From: Pyrococcus furiosus DSM 3638
GTDB lineage: Archaea > Methanobacteriota_B > Thermococci > Thermococcales > Thermococcaceae
Length of the DNA stretch: 32,000 nucleotides
NCBI RefSeq assembly: GCF_000007305.1
Contig: NC_003413.1
Span: forward strand, 1,568,141 to 1,600,140
Reading direction: 5' to 3'
Below, in pieces: positions 15,589 to 26,600 of the stretch. The translations under genes and the position numbers were made by a program. Numbering within the stretch: the stretch's first letter is position 1; each line of letters opens with the position of its first letter. A model generated the notes under the pieces. It made no database searches and had not been told where the DNA came from. It saw nothing but the letters and a program-made list of their open reading frames with translations.

Positions 15589-16323
15589 AAGTTCCTCTAC
15601 TTTCTTCTTTAAGAATTCTGTGGCCTCTCTTCCCTTTTCTCCTATTATTTTTACCAAAGCGCTTCCCACAACAACTCCATTCGCACCTTCTTTAAGTAAA
15701 CTCACAACGTGCTCCCTTTTAGACACCCCGAATCCCACAGCAACCTTGTTTCTGCATATCCTTTTAGCTCTTCTGAGCAAATCATAAGCAGTTTTGGGTA
15801 TTTCCTCCCTAGCTCCTGTTGTTCCATATAGGGAGACTAGATAGACAAACCCAGTCGTCATGTCATCAATAACCTTGAGCCTTTCATCTGGAGTATTGGG
15901 AGCCGCCAAAAATACTGTCTTAATGCCTTCTTCTCTAGCAATCTCTGTAAACTCTTTAGCATGAAAAACTGGAAGGTCCACAACTAGAATTCCATCGACA
16001 CCACTAGCCTTTGCCTCTGCTAGAAAATTCCTAACCCCTGCTCTGTATATTGGATTGTAGTAAGTCATCAGGACTATTGGTGTACTGGAATGCCTTCTGA
16101 ATTCCTTAACAATCCAGAAGGCCTCTCTCAACTTAAATCCATTTTTTAGTGCCCTGTAGTGCGACTCTTGAATTGTCTTACCATCAGCTATTGGATCACT
16201 AAATGGAATTCCCAGCTCTATTGCCCCAGCATACTCATCAAGAGCTAGGAGAAAATTGAGAGTAGACTGCTTATCAGGGTCCCCCGCTGTTAAATATGGA
16301 ATTAGAGAACCATCCTTAAACAT
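15577..16323 (-). CDS. trpA: Tryptophan synthase alpha chain.
   Basis: Contains [23 protein letters not shown] and GFGVS. ATG 16323 is embedded in the trpB 3' end; GTG 16329 is an alternative start. Confidence 0.92.
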   Translation of the reverse strand: MFKDGSLIPYLTAGDPDKQSTLNFLLALDEYAGAIELGIPFSDPIADGKTIQESHYRALKNGFKLREAFWIVKEFRRHSSTPIVLMTYYNPIYRAGVRNFLAEAKASGVDGILVVDLPVFHAKEFTEIAREEGIKTVFLAAPNTPDERLKVIDDMTTGFVYLVSLYGTTGAREEIPKTAYDLLRRAKRICRNKVAVGFGVSKREHVVSLLKEGANGVVVGSALVKIIGEKGREATEFLKKKVEELLGI

Positions 16324-17482
16324 TTCCACTCACCTTCAAGACTATATCAAGATCCTTGTCTCCCCTTCCAGATAGGTTTACTATAATTATCTCGTCTCTA
16401 CTCATTTCTTTTGCAAGCTTCATAGCATAAGCTACTGCATGTGCTGATTCAAGAGCAGGAATTATACCTTCAGTTCTTGAAAGTTCGTGAAACGCTTTCA
16501 ACGCCTCTTCGTCAGTTACAGTAACGTATTCAGCCCTTTGGATTTTCTTAAGATATGCATGTTCAGGCCCCACTCCTGGGTAATCGAGGCCAGGAGCAAT
16601 GCTGTGTGTAGGCTTTATCTGTCCCTCCTCATCCTGTAAGAAGTAGCTAAGCATTCCATGGAATACTCCAACTTGACCAGCATTCAGAGATGCCGAGTGT
16701 TTCCCACTTTCCAAACCCTTACCCCCAGCCTCAACTCCCACAAGTTTAACCTTCTTATCATTTACAAACGGGTAAAATATCCCCATTGCATTGCTTCCTC
16801 CTCCAACACAGGCCACTATTACATCAGGCAACTGCCCTTCAGCCTCAAGAATTTGGGCCTTAGCTTCCCTTCCTATTACGGACTGAAAGTCTCTAACTAT
16901 TGTTGGATATGGATGGGGCCCAACCACGGAACCTATTAAGTAGTGAGTGTATTCAAACGTGGCCACCCAATCCCTTAGGGCTTCATTTATTGCATCCTTT
17001 AATGTCCTAGAACCAGAATTTACTGGAATAACATTTGCCCCCAATAGTTTCATTCTGAATACATTCATTTTTTGTCTTTCAACGTCCTCAGCTCCCATGT
17101 ATATATCAACCTTCATGCCAAGTAAAGCTCCAGCCATTGCCGTTGCAACACCATGCTGACCAGCTCCGGTCTCAGCTATTAGCCTAGTTTTACCCATAAA
17201 CTTCGCTAACAAAGCTTGCCCTATTGCATTGTTCGTCTTGTGGGCTCCTCCGTGAACTAGATCTTCTCTCTTTAGATATATTTTTGCCCCACCTATCTTT
17301 TCAGTTAGTCTTTTGGCATAATATAGAGGAGTTGGTCTGCCAGCCCAGGTTTTAAGATAATAATTCAACTGCCTGTTAAACTCCTCATCGTCTTTAAACC
17401 TTTTATATGCCTTTTCTAATTCTTTTAATGGTTCTATTAGAGTCTCAGGCACATATTGACCTCCAAACTCACCAAACCACAT
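16316..17482 (-). CDS. trpB: Tryptophan synthase beta chain.
   Basis: Contains [10 protein letters not shown], the PLP-lysine region HGGAHKTNN and GGGSNAMG. Confidence 0.96.
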   Translation of the reverse strand: MWFGEFGGQYVPETLIEPLKELEKAYKRFKDDEEFNRQLNYYLKTWAGRPTPLYYAKRLTEKIGGAKIYLKREDLVHGGAHKTNNAIGQALLAKFMGKTRLIAETGAGQHGVATAMAGALLGMKVDIYMGAEDVERQKMNVFRMKLLGANVIPVNSGSRTLKDAINEALRDWVATFEYTHYLIGSVVGPHPYPTIVRDFQSVIGREAKAQILEAEGQLPDVIVACVGGGSNAMGIFYPFVNDKKVKLVGVEAGGKGLESGKHSASLNAGQVGVFHGMLSYFLQDEEGQIKPTHSIAPGLDYPGVGPEHAYLKKIQRAEYVTVTDEEALKAFHELSRTEGIIPALESAHAVAYAMKLAKEMSRDEIIIVNLSGRGDKDLDIVLKVSGNV

Positions 17483-18095
17483 TTTTGGCCCTCCTTACAA
17501 ACTCTTCAACTAACTTGGGATCTTTTATTCCATATTTCTCAACTCCAGAAGAGACATCAACACCATAAGGCTTCACAACTTTAATGACTTCCTCAACGTT
17601 TTCAGCATTTAAGCCTCCAGCTACTATAACTGGAATTTTTCTTGCGACTAGAGAAGAAACCCTTAAGTCATGAAGCTTCCCACTCCCCGCTCCTGTATCA
17701 AGTAGTACCATATCAGCGTTGTACCTAGATATTTCTGAGAGAAGCCTGTTGGCATCTTCTTCAGGATTCTTGGAGATAGTTGGAACCCTAAACGCTTTCA
17801 TAACAAAAACCCCGAACTCTTTTTTCAATGTGTCAATTGTTTGAGGCAAAGCATTAGAGTGAACCTGAATGTATTGAGCTCCAGTTCTCTCGATTGCCAT
17901 GGCCCATTCAGAAAATCCAACCATAGTAGAAACTAGAAACACTGGAATAGCAGAGTTTTCTATTATTTCCCTAGCTTTTTCAAGCGGTATTCTCCTCTTA
18001 GAGTTTGAATTGACCACAACTCCTGTAGCATCTGCATGCTTTTCTACGATTTCAAGCTCTTCGAGACTTTTTATTCCGCATATTTTTACGAACAT
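17469..18095 (-). CDS. trpF: Phosphoribosylanthranilate isomerase.
   Basis: Has the N-terminus MFVKICGI and a TIM-barrel PRAI pattern. It lies between trpG and trpB. Confidence 0.9.
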   Translation of the reverse strand: MFVKICGIKSLEELEIVEKHADATGVVVNSNSKRRIPLEKAREIIENSAIPVFLVSTMVGFSEWAMAIERTGAQYIQVHSNALPQTIDTLKKEFGVFVMKAFRVPTISKNPEEDANRLLSEISRYNADMVLLDTGAGSGKLHDLRVSSLVARKIPVIVAGGLNAENVEEVIKVVKPYGVDVSSGVEKYGIKDPKLVEEFVRRAKNVVW

Positions 18096-18661
18096 TATCT
18101 TGTCATCTCCACGAAGTTTTGTATAATCCTTAATCCGTCCTCTCTCTTTGTCAAAACGCTCTCTGGGTGAAATTGGACTCCTTCTATTGGGAGAGTCTTA
18201 TGCCTAATGCCCATGATTACTCCATCATCCAGAGAAACTGATGTAACTTTGAACCCTTTTGGGGGCTCTAAAACTGCCAAAGAGTGATATCTTCCGGCTA
18301 AAAATGGATTATCGAGTCCTCTATAGACACCCTTGCCATCATGTCTAATAAGGCTAGCTTTCCCATGTTTTGGAGTTACCCTTCCAATCTTCCCCCCAAA
18401 AACAGCTCCGATTATTTGGTGGCCCAGACAAACTCCCAAGAGGGGAACCTCTGATTCCAAAACTATTTCTGGTGAATTGCCGACTTCTCTTCTATCAAGT
18501 GGATGACCTGGGCCCGGTGAGATTATTATACCATCGGGATCCAGCTTTTTAACTTCACTAAGGGTTATCTTGTTAGAAACTACTACTGCTTCATCAAAGA
18601 ATGATACGTATTCAGCGAGATTCCAGACAAAAGAATCTCTATTGTTGATTATTAGAATCAT
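18095..18661 (-). CDS. trpG: Anthranilate synthase component II (glutamine amidotransferase).
   Basis: Starts MILIINNRDSFVWNL and has the catalytic GVCLGHQ and FHPES motifs. ATG 18661 is preferred over the GTG at 18676. Confidence 0.92.
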   Translation of the reverse strand: MILIINNRDSFVWNLAEYVSFFDEAVVVSNKITLSEVKKLDPDGIIISPGPGHPLDRREVGNSPEIVLESEVPLLGVCLGHQIIGAVFGGKIGRVTPKHGKASLIRHDGKGVYRGLDNPFLAGRYHSLAVLEPPKGFKVTSVSLDDGVIMGIRHKTLPIEGVQFHPESVLTKREDGLRIIQNFVEMTR

Positions 18662-18662
18662 G

Positions 18663-19961
18663 CTACTCCACCCCAAAGGCTTTTAGAACAGCCCTCATCT
18701 TGTTTTCAGTTTCATAAAACTCCTTTTCTGGAATTGAATCTGCAACTATACCTGCTCCCGCTCTAATGTGAGCGTGCTTATCTATTTCCGCCATTCTTAT
18801 CGCTATGGCAAAATCTGCATAGCCTGTTACGGAAAAATATCCAACAGCTCCTCCATAAACTCTTCTCCTGCTTTTTTCCAGTTCATCTATAATTTCCATT
18901 GCCCTAATTTTTGGAGCTCCTGTCAATGTTCCAGCTGGGAAAGTTGCCTCAATTGCATCAAACATGTCTTTATCCTCGGCCAACTCCCCAATTATCTCAC
19001 TTTCAATGTGCTGGACATAGCTATACTTGACCACATCAAAGTACCTCACTACCTTAACACTCCTGGGTTTCGAAACTCTCCTAACGTCATTTCTAGCTAA
19101 ATCCACTAGCATTACATGCTCCGCTCTTTCTTTCTCATCAGAGAGTAGGGCTTTTTCAAGTGCCTTGTCTTCTTCCTCGTTCTTTCCCCTTGGAATAGTT
19201 CCGGCAATTGGGTTTATCTTAACAATTTTTCCTTCAACAGAGCCCATTGTTTCAGGAGACGCTCCCACCACTACTTTTTCAAATTCAAGGAGAAAAGTAT
19301 AAGGCGATGGATTAATGTCTAGCAATCTAAGGTAGATTGTAAAAGGATCTAAGTCCGTCTCAACTACGTACTCTCTCGAAAGGACTACTTGAAATACGTC
19401 TCCTGAAAATATGTACTCTTTTCCTTTTTCTACAATTTCAACAAACTCTTCTTTATTTGCATCAGTTTTTAAAATTGAACTTCCTCCATCCTCTCTGGGA
19501 ATTTTTGCCCTTTTGGCCTTTTCCACTATAGCTTCTGGATCAAATGGCGGTTCTTCTAGGGAAACAAAGTAGAGTTTATTTTCTAAATGATCATAAATGT
19601 ATGTCCATGGATAATAGCCAAAAACTGAAGGCTCCTCAACATTCCCCTCTATGTAGTTGTGAACGGCATCATAAGCTATATATCCAACCAAGCCGCCCAT
19701 GAATCTTTCTCCACTTATTGAGTGCTTTATAAAGCCCTTTAACCCCTTAAATGGATTTCTTTCTTTTGATACCTTTTTTCCATCTAAATAAGTTCCTCTC
19801 TCATTTATACTCACAATGAATTCAGGTGCTGCTGAGAGGTAAGTGAATCTGGCCTTTTTGCTATGCTTTTCTGCTGACATTAGGATAAAAGGATACTCAA
19901 GTTGTCTGAGAATAAGGTATAAGCGAAGAGGAGACACTCGATCTAACTCTTTGATAAGCAT
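18663..19961 (-). CDS. trpE: Anthranilate synthase component I.
   Basis: Contains FPAGTLTGAPKIRAMEII, YGGAVGYF and GAGIVADS. Confidence 0.95.
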   Translation of the reverse strand: MLIKELDRVSPLRLYLILRQLEYPFILMSAEKHSKKARFTYLSAAPEFIVSINERGTYLDGKKVSKERNPFKGLKGFIKHSISGERFMGGLVGYIAYDAVHNYIEGNVEEPSVFGYYPWTYIYDHLENKLYFVSLEEPPFDPEAIVEKAKRAKIPREDGGSSILKTDANKEEFVEIVEKGKEYIFSGDVFQVVLSREYVVETDLDPFTIYLRLLDINPSPYTFLLEFEKVVVGASPETMGSVEGKIVKINPIAGTIPRGKNEEEDKALEKALLSDEKERAEHVMLVDLARNDVRRVSKPRSVKVVRYFDVVKYSYVQHIESEIIGELAEDKDMFDAIEATFPAGTLTGAPKIRAMEIIDELEKSRRRVYGGAVGYFSVTGYADFAIAIRMAEIDKHAHIRAGAGIVADSIPEKEFYETENKMRAVLKAFGVE

Positions 19962-20917
19962 GCAATCTCCTCCAATTTCTTTATTATTTTTTCTCCTAGA
20001 ACATTCTCAGCCAGTTCTACTCCTTCTTTCAAATCAGAGGCGATCCCTATTGTATAAAGTGCCATAGCCGAATTTATTAAGACAAAATTCCTGTCTTCAT
20101 TTTTTCCATTTCCACGCAAAACAGCTCTAATTCTCTCTGCACTTTCTTCTGGAGAATAGCAGGGGATAACTTTAGTTCTAGCCAATCCGAAGTCTTCAGG
20201 AGTAACAGTGTAAAAATCTATGTCACCTCTATTGACTTCGGCAACTATAGTTTCTTTCTCTGGACTAATCTCATCCAATCCGCTACCATGAACAACTGTA
20301 GCTCTTTTAACACCGAGGTAATTTAGAGCTCTTGCCATCTTCTCTACTAGGTCTCTAGAATTAACTCCTACAACTTGATAAGCTGGATTTGCTGGATTTG
20401 CTAGCGGTCCCAAAATGTTGAAAATGGTCTTTATTCCCAATTCTTTCCTTACGGGCATTATTCTCTTTAGGGCTGGATGATACATTGGAGCAAATATAAA
20501 TGTGAAGTTAACTTTTTCAATCATCTCTTTAGCCTTCTCTGGAGAAATCTTGATGTTTATTCCCAGGGCCTCTAGAAGATTTGCAGAACCACTTCTTGAA
20601 GTTACGGAGACATTGCCATGCTTAGCTACCTTTGTATATTCTGAAAGAATAAGGGCTGATGCAGTGCTTACATTTATCGTGAATGATTTATCTCCTCCAG
20701 TACCAGCAGTGTCTAGAACCTCCCCAAGATCCAACTTAATTGCATTGTCTCTCATTGCCTTTGCAAATCCCGCTATTTCCTCTGAAGTATACCCTTTAGT
20801 TTGGAGAGCCGCGAGATATGCTGCAATCCTAACTTCGCTTTCTTCCTTGAGGATGTTAAATAAGTCGTAAGCCTCCTCGAAGGATAAATGCCTATTTTCT
20901 ACTATCTTCTCCAGCAT
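19943..20917 (-). CDS. trpD: Anthranilate phosphoribosyltransferase.
   Basis: Contains DTAGTGGD, KHGNVSVTSRSGSAN and NILGPLANP. Confidence 0.95.
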   Translation of the reverse strand: MLEKIVENRHLSFEEAYDLFNILKEESEVRIAAYLAALQTKGYTSEEIAGFAKAMRDNAIKLDLGEVLDTAGTGGDKSFTINVSTASALILSEYTKVAKHGNVSVTSRSGSANLLEALGINIKISPEKAKEMIEKVNFTFIFAPMYHPALKRIMPVRKELGIKTIFNILGPLANPANPAYQVVGVNSRDLVEKMARALNYLGVKRATVVHGSGLDEISPEKETIVAEVNRGDIDFYTVTPEDFGLARTKVIPCYSPEESAERIRAVLRGNGKNEDRNFVLINSAMALYTIGIASDLKEGVELAENVLGEKIIKKLEEIACLSKS

Positions 20918-21603
20918 TATATCTCAGCCTCCACGAATTTTTTGAGAAGTTCTGCGGGATTTTCAGCTTTCATTAAAGCCGTCCCAATGAGTGCAGCATC
21001 AGCAACCCTTAAGGCCCTCTTCAAATCTTCCAATGTTGCTATTCCGCTTTCACTAACTTTCACGAATTTTCCTGGGATTTTTGGAGCTAAAATTTCAGTT
21101 AGAGAAACATCTCCATCGTCCATCTCTAGCTTTCCAATGTCCCTATTGTTTATTCCTATCATTGTAGAATTTGTTTTAATTGCGAGCTTTAGCTCATCTT
21201 CGGTATGAACTTCCACTAGAGTGTCAAGCCCATGCTCTTTTGCATAATCCACAAACTCTGGCAGCTTATCTTTCAATATTCTAGTTATTAATAGAACAGC
21301 AGAGGCACCAACTTCGGCAGTTTTTTCAATTTCCTCTTTGCTTGTTATAAAGTCCTTCCTCAGCACTGGGAGGGTAGTTTCCTTACATAAAACTTTTAGA
21401 AAGTCAAAGCTCCCTTTGAAATACTTTTGATCTGTTATGTAAGAAATCCCCACAGCTCCAGCTTCTTCATATGCCCTCAAAATCCTTAGAGGATCCCTGC
21501 CCCGTAAAAGATCTCCATATTTTGGAGAATAGACTTTGATTTCTGCTATAATAGGATTTTTCTTAGCCTTTCTAATAGCCCTGCTCAGTCCAAAAATCAC
21601 CAC
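20917..21603 (-). CDS. trpC: Indole-3-glycerol-phosphate synthase.
   Basis: Contains IAEIKVYSPKYG, RKDFI and NNRD. The GTG start at 21603 lies 8 nt after GGTGGAG. Confidence 0.9.
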   Translation of the reverse strand: MVIFGLSRAIRKAKKNPIIAEIKVYSPKYGDLLRGRDPLRILRAYEEAGAVGISYITDQKYFKGSFDFLKVLCKETTLPVLRKDFITSKEEIEKTAEVGASAVLLITRILKDKLPEFVDYAKEHGLDTLVEVHTEDELKLAIKTNSTMIGINNRDIGKLEMDDGDVSLTEILAPKIPGKFVKVSESGIATLEDLKRALRVADAALIGTALMKAENPAELLKKFVEAEI

Positions 21604-21641
21604 CCATTATACTCCACCACTACGACAAAAATAACATGATA

Positions 21642-21649
21642 AATTTAAA
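21642..21649 (-). promoter_or_regulatory. Candidate TATA box of the trp operon (TTTAAATT on the - strand).
   Basis: Lies about 40 nt upstream of the trpC start and is part of the 10-nt AAATTTAAAC repeat. Confidence 0.4.
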
Positions 21650-21712
21650 CATTTGGACAGCTCTATCAAGCTAGAATTGAATACACATGTTTGATGAGAA
21701 TTTGATCTAAAG

Positions 21713-21722
21713 AAATTTAAAC
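21713..21722 (+). promoter_or_regulatory. Candidate TATA box for the ACT-domain gene (second AAATTTAAAC copy).
   Basis: Lies about 40-47 nt upstream of ATG 21760. The GGAGGGAG Shine-Dalgarno sequence is at 21747-21754. Confidence 0.4.
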
Positions 21723-21759
21723 AAATTTATTATAATCAGAAATTTAGGAGGGAGAGAGC

Positions 21760-22440
21760 ATGAAAAAAGAAGAGGAAAAGCCTAGTATAGCAAAGCTTGT
21801 AAAGGAGTACATAGAAACAAAACCCTGTATAAGAGAACTTATGATCCTCGGGATAGTAAATTATAGTGCTCTAGCGAGATTTATAGAGGGAGAATTCAAG
21901 AAAAAAGGCATAAAAGCATCCACCGGAGCTATAAAAATGGCCCTTATAAGACTGGGTGAAGAGCTCAGCGAAGAAAGAAGTGGGTTTGAGAAAGCTATAA
22001 AAAATGTCATCTCAAAAACGGTTATCCAACTACAATCAGATTTAGTTGTAATTACAGCAAGAAGGGACATTGTTCTTTCAAAAATAAAAGAATTGGTTGA
22101 GGTGGCAAAAGATTCGAGATTCTTCCAGCTGACTCAGGGAATTGAAACTTTCACTATAGCGATGGCAAACGAAGAAAAGGAAAAAATATTAGAACTATTG
22201 AAGGGTGGAATAATTGACGTTCAAGAAGGGCAAACGGCTATTCTCCTAATAAGCCCATTGGCAATAATAAACACCCCAGGAATCGTGGCATTCATTACCA
22301 CGGCTCTTGCTGTCAATGGGATAAATATAACCCAAATTATTTCATGTTATAAGGATACGATACTGTTAGTTGATAGGAGAAATGCCCCTTCAGCTTACAC
22401 TATTCTTGAAGATCTAATTATCAAGATGAGAGAGCTATAA
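21760..22440 (+). CDS. Predicted amino-acid-metabolism regulator: N-terminal HTH-like region plus C-terminal ACT domain (COG2150-like).
   Basis: The C-terminus ILLISPLAIINTPGIVAFITTALAVNGINITQIISCYKDTILLV is a typical ACT fold pattern. It is divergent from the trp operon. The family assignment is from memory. Confidence 0.55.
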   Translation: MKKEEEKPSIAKLVKEYIETKPCIRELMILGIVNYSALARFIEGEFKKKGIKASTGAIKMALIRLGEELSEERSGFEKAIKNVISKTVIQLQSDLVVITARRDIVLSKIKELVEVAKDSRFFQLTQGIETFTIAMANEEKEKILELLKGGIIDVQEGQTAILLISPLAIINTPGIVAFITTALAVNGINITQIISCYKDTILLVDRRNAPSAYTILEDLIIKMREL

Positions 22441-22534
22441 ATTTTGTTCTATTTGCAACTTTCTATTATATTTTTGCAGTTGATGTTACAAAAGAAATAA
22501 AAATCAGAAAAGACTGAGGGCAAGAGGGCATTTA

Positions 22535-23650
22535 ATGGGGGTGCACAAAAAAGGGTACTTAGTTTTGGAAGATGGCTCAGTGATAGAAGGGAAGGCCTTT
22601 GGTGCAGAAACGATTCGATATGGGGAAGTAGTCTTCACAACGGCAATGGTGGGATATCCAGAATCCCTAACTGATCCTTCATATAAAGGCCAAATCTTAA
22701 TTGCAACAAATCCCTTAATGGGAACTTATGGAGTTTCATCAAAAAGTCTAAAAGAACATGGACTGCCTCTACATTACGAATCGGACTCAATTAAGGTAGA
22801 AGGATTTGTTATATCTTTTCTAATGAGGCCTAATCACTGGAGCAGCGAAATGACTCTAGATGAATGGTTAAGGAGGGAGGGCGTTCCAGGGCTCTATGGA
22901 GTTGATACTAGAGCCTTAGTCAAGAAGATTAGAGAGGAGGGTGTAATGAGAGGAGCAATAGTCACAACAGAAACAGATTTAGAAGAAATTTTAGAGAATA
23001 TTAGAAAAATAAGCTATGAAAGTACCAATTTCGTTGAACTTGTATCGCCAAAAAACCCAATTGTACACACACCAAAAAATGTCAAATTCAGAGTTGTGGT
23101 TCTTGATTTGGGAGTGAAGTTTGGTATTCTTAGAGAGTTACTCAAGAGGGGAATTGAAGTTGTTAGAATTCCATGGAATTGGGACATATTGGAGGCCTAT
23201 TACTCCTACAACGCAGATGGCATATTCATAAGCAATGGGCCTGGAAATCCTACCCTCTTAAAAGAAGTTGCTAAGAGGATTAGAAAGGCATTCAATGAAG
23301 AAATTCCGATGATGGGAATATGCCTTGGCCAACAACTTTTAGCCTTAGCAGATGGGGCAGAAATATACAAGCTTAAATACGGTCATAGAGGGATTAACAA
23401 ACCTGTTAAAGATTTAGAGAGTGGAAAAGCATTTGTTACTACTCAAAATCATGGCTATGCAATTGTTCCTGAAAGCCTAAATGAGTTTAAGGTATGGATG
23501 GTAAACCTAGATGATAACTCTGTAGAGGGAATAAAACACGAAAGTTTACCTATTATAGCTACCCAATATCATCCCGAGGCTTCTCCTGGCCCCTGGGATT
23601 CATTGTGGGTTTTTGATGAATTTGTAAAGATTTTGGAGGGGAGAAAATGA
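22535..23650 (+). CDS. carA: Carbamoyl-phosphate synthase small (glutaminase) subunit.
   Basis: Starts LVLEDGSVIEGKAFGA and contains TDPSYKGQI, the catalytic GICLGQQ, YGHRGINKPV and QYHPEASPGP. Confidence 0.95.
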   Translation: MGVHKKGYLVLEDGSVIEGKAFGAETIRYGEVVFTTAMVGYPESLTDPSYKGQILIATNPLMGTYGVSSKSLKEHGLPLHYESDSIKVEGFVISFLMRPNHWSSEMTLDEWLRREGVPGLYGVDTRALVKKIREEGVMRGAIVTTETDLEEILENIRKISYESTNFVELVSPKNPIVHTPKNVKFRVVVLDLGVKFGILRELLKRGIEVVRIPWNWDILEAYYSYNADGIFISNGPGNPTLLKEVAKRIRKAFNEEIPMMGICLGQQLLALADGAEIYKLKYGHRGINKPVKDLESGKAFVTTQNHGYAIVPESLNEFKVWMVNLDDNSVEGIKHESLPIIATQYHPEASPGPWDSLWVFDEFVKILEGRK

Positions 23651-26600
23651 AAATCGATGTATCAAAAGTCATTGTTATTGGTTCCGGTGCAATAAAAATA
23701 GGTGAAGCAGCTGAGTTTGACTACAGTGGAAGTCAAGCATTAAAAGCATTAAGGGAAGAAGGGATAGAATCAGTGCTAGTAAATCCAAATGTTGCAACTA
23801 TTCAAACTAGCTATGAGCTGGCAGACAAGGTTTATCTTCTTCCATTGAAAACCGAGTTCATAGAAAAGGTAATTGAAAAGGAAAAGCCTGATGGAATACT
23901 AGTCGGTTTTGGAGGACAGACTGCACTCTCCCTGGGAGTTTCCTTGTACAAAAAGGGTATATTAGACAAATACAACGTAAAGGTCCTAGGAACTCCAATT
24001 GAAGGCATTGAAAGAGCACTCGACAGGGAGAAGTTTCAAAAGACCATGAAAAAAGTAGGCCTACCAGTTCCCCCAAGCGATGCAGCAAAAACTCCAGAGG
24101 AAGCCATCGAAATTGCTGAAAGCATAGGATTTCCAGTAATAGTAAGAGTAAGCTTCAACTTAGGAGGCAGAGGCTCTTTCATAGCTAGGTCCAGAGAAGA
24201 GTTTGAGAAATATATCATAAGAGCCTTTGCTCAAAGCGAAATAAGGAAAGTTCTCGTGGAGAAGTATCTCAACGGATGGAAAGAGATAGAGTTCGAAGTT
24301 GTTAGGGATAAAGCTGGAAACTCAGTTGCTGTTGTATGTTTAGAGAACGTTGATCCAATGGGAGTTCACACAGGAGAATCAATAGTTGTAGGCCCTTCCC
24401 AAACCCTGACCAACAGGGAGTATCAAATGCTGAGGGACGCTGCAATAAGGGTTGCGGACGCAATAGAGTTAATTGGAGAAGGAAATGTCCAGCTCGCGTT
24501 AAGTCCCAACTCAGAGGAATACTATGTTATCGAAACAAATCCCAGGATGAGTAGGTCGTCGGCACTAGCAAGCAAAGTTACTGGATACCCTCTCGCATAC
24601 ATAGCTACAAAGTTAGCAATAGGATACACCCTAGATGAACTAAGAAACACTGTTACAGGGATCACAACAGCAGCCTTTGAGCCAAGTCTTGACTATGTAG
24701 CTGTTAAAATTCCCAGGTGGGATTTTAAGAAGTTTGAGGAGGTTAACAAGAGCATAGGAAGTGAAATGAAGAGCATAGGAGAAGTTATGGCAATCGGAAG
24801 GAACTTGCATGAAGCGTTTCAAAAGGCAATAAGAATGCTTGACATAGGTGATGAGCTCATTGGAAAATACTACTTGGAAGATGAGCCTCTCGAGAATGTC
24901 CTAGAGAGACTAAAGAAAAAAGAACCATACTTATTGATGCACATAGCCAAGGCCCTTAGGCTCGGAGCTACGGTTGAAGATATCCACAAGATAACAAAAG
25001 TTGACAAGTTCTTTATCTATGTAATAGAAGACCTTGTTAAGATAGCAGAGGAATTAAGGAAGAATCCAACAGAGGAACTTATTAGGGAAGCTAAAAGGCT
25101 TGGATTCAGCGATTGGGAGATTGAGCTCCTAACAAAAAGAAAAGTAAAAAAGAAATGGAAGCCAGTGGTTAAGAACATTGACACGTTGGCTGGAGAATTT
25201 CCAGCAAAAACAAACTACCTATATGTTACGTATGATGGTGTTGAAAACGACATTCCAAAACCAAAGAAACCCAGCATTCTAGTCTTGGGAGCAGGAGTGT
25301 TTAGGATAGGGGTAAGTGTTGAGTTCGATTGGGCAGTTGTTAACTTTGTAAATGCCATAAGGAAGAGGGGAATAGAAGCAGCAATTCTAAACTACAACCC
25401 AGAAACAGTGTCAACTGATTGGGACATGAGTGATAGACTATACTTTGAGGAAATAACACTTGAGAGAGTTCTTGATATATATGAATTTGAAAGACCCATA
25501 GGCGTAGTGGCATTTGCAGGCGGCCAATTAGCTAATTCTCTAGCAAAGAAATTAGAAAATGCTGGAGTGAAGCTACTCGGAACTTCAGGAAAGAGTGTGG
25601 ATAAGGCAGAGAATAGGGCTAAGTTTTCAAAGTTATTAGAGAAGCTCGGAATTCCTCAACCAGAATGGATCTCAGCAGAGAGCATTGATGAGGCTATAAA
25701 ACTTGCAAAGAAAATTGAATACCCAGTCATAGTGAGGCCAAGCTACGTCTTAAGTGGAACAGCAATGAAAGTTGCTTGGAATGAGAAAGAGCTAATAGAC
25801 TTCTTAAAAGAAGCTGCTTCAGTTTCACCTGAACATCCAGTTTTAATATCCAAGTTTATCCCAGGAACAGAAGCTGAGATTGACGCTGTTAGCGATGGAA
25901 AGAAAGTTGTTGGAGTAACACTCGAGCATATCGAAGGTGCAGGGGTTCACAGTGGGGATTCAACAATGGTAACCCCGTGGAGAACTTTAAGTGAACGAAA
26001 CGTGAAGAGAATATGGGAAATAACATACGAGCTTGCCAAAGAGTTAGAAATTAAGGGACCCTTCAATGTTCAGTTCGTGATAGACAAAAAGCCCTACGTC
26101 CTAGAACTTAACCTAAGGACTAGCAGGTCAATGCCATTCTCCAGTAAGTCCAGAGGAGTAAATCTAATGGAGTTATCTGCCCAGGCAGTGCTAGATGGAG
26201 AGTTAAAAATTGGAGTTGAAGGGAAATATTATGAGATCCCACCTGTAGCCTATGGAGTAAAGAGTCCACAGTTCTCCTGGGCCCAACTCCAGGGAGCATA
26301 TCCATTCCTCGGCCCAGAAATGAGATCAACAGGAGAGGTTGCGGCCCTGGGAACACATTACGAAGACGCCTTACTGAAAAGCTGGCTCTCAGTAAAGCCG
26401 AATGAACTTCCAAAGACATCCGCTTTAATCTATGGTTGGGAGAAAAAAAATATCCTAAAAGAAACGGCAAAAATTTTAGAGAACCTCGGAATTACAACAT
26501 ATTCAATTGGTGGAGACATTGGAGAAATTAATATTTCAAAACAAGAGGCAGTTAATATGATCAAAGAAGGAAAAATAGATATTATAATGACCACAGGATA

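Noticed and set aside
21604-21641. TGG TGG and small ORFs in the trp leader on the - strand: ATGTTATTTTTGTCGTAG (MLFLS), then GTGGTGGAG, and an out-of-frame MGGDFWTEQGY. These could be a Trp-codon attenuator.
   Set aside because: The TGGTGG lies after the mini-ORF stop and is best explained as the GGTGGAG Shine-Dalgarno sequence of trpC. The 11-codon ORF overlaps the trpC start out of frame and has no repeat or terminator structure. No copy of the 17-nt unit is present.
21654-21659. Tar-type operator (TGGACA-N8-TGTCCA, as I recall for T. kodakarensis) at the trp promoter and at 13487-13492.
   Set aside because: Only single half-sites are present. The positions 14 nt away read TAGCTT and GCCTGG, so no full palindrome exists. 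It is kept only as a weak shared-word observation.
21681-21745. Possible C/D-box sRNA (TTGATGAG ... TCAGA) in the trp/ACT intergenic region.
   Set aside because: The C-box has the wrong first base. There is no correctly placed CUGA D-box on either strand and no terminal stem. The region is A/T-rich promoter DNA rather than the G/C-rich sequence expected for a stable RNA in a hyperthermophile.
22451-22484. Direct TTTGCA repeats and a 5-bp inverted repeat, CAACT...AGTTG, upstream of carA as a possible arginine or pyrimidine operator.
   Set aside because: It is too short and degenerate to distinguish from chance in an A/T-rich intergenic region, and there is no second copy elsewhere in the window.
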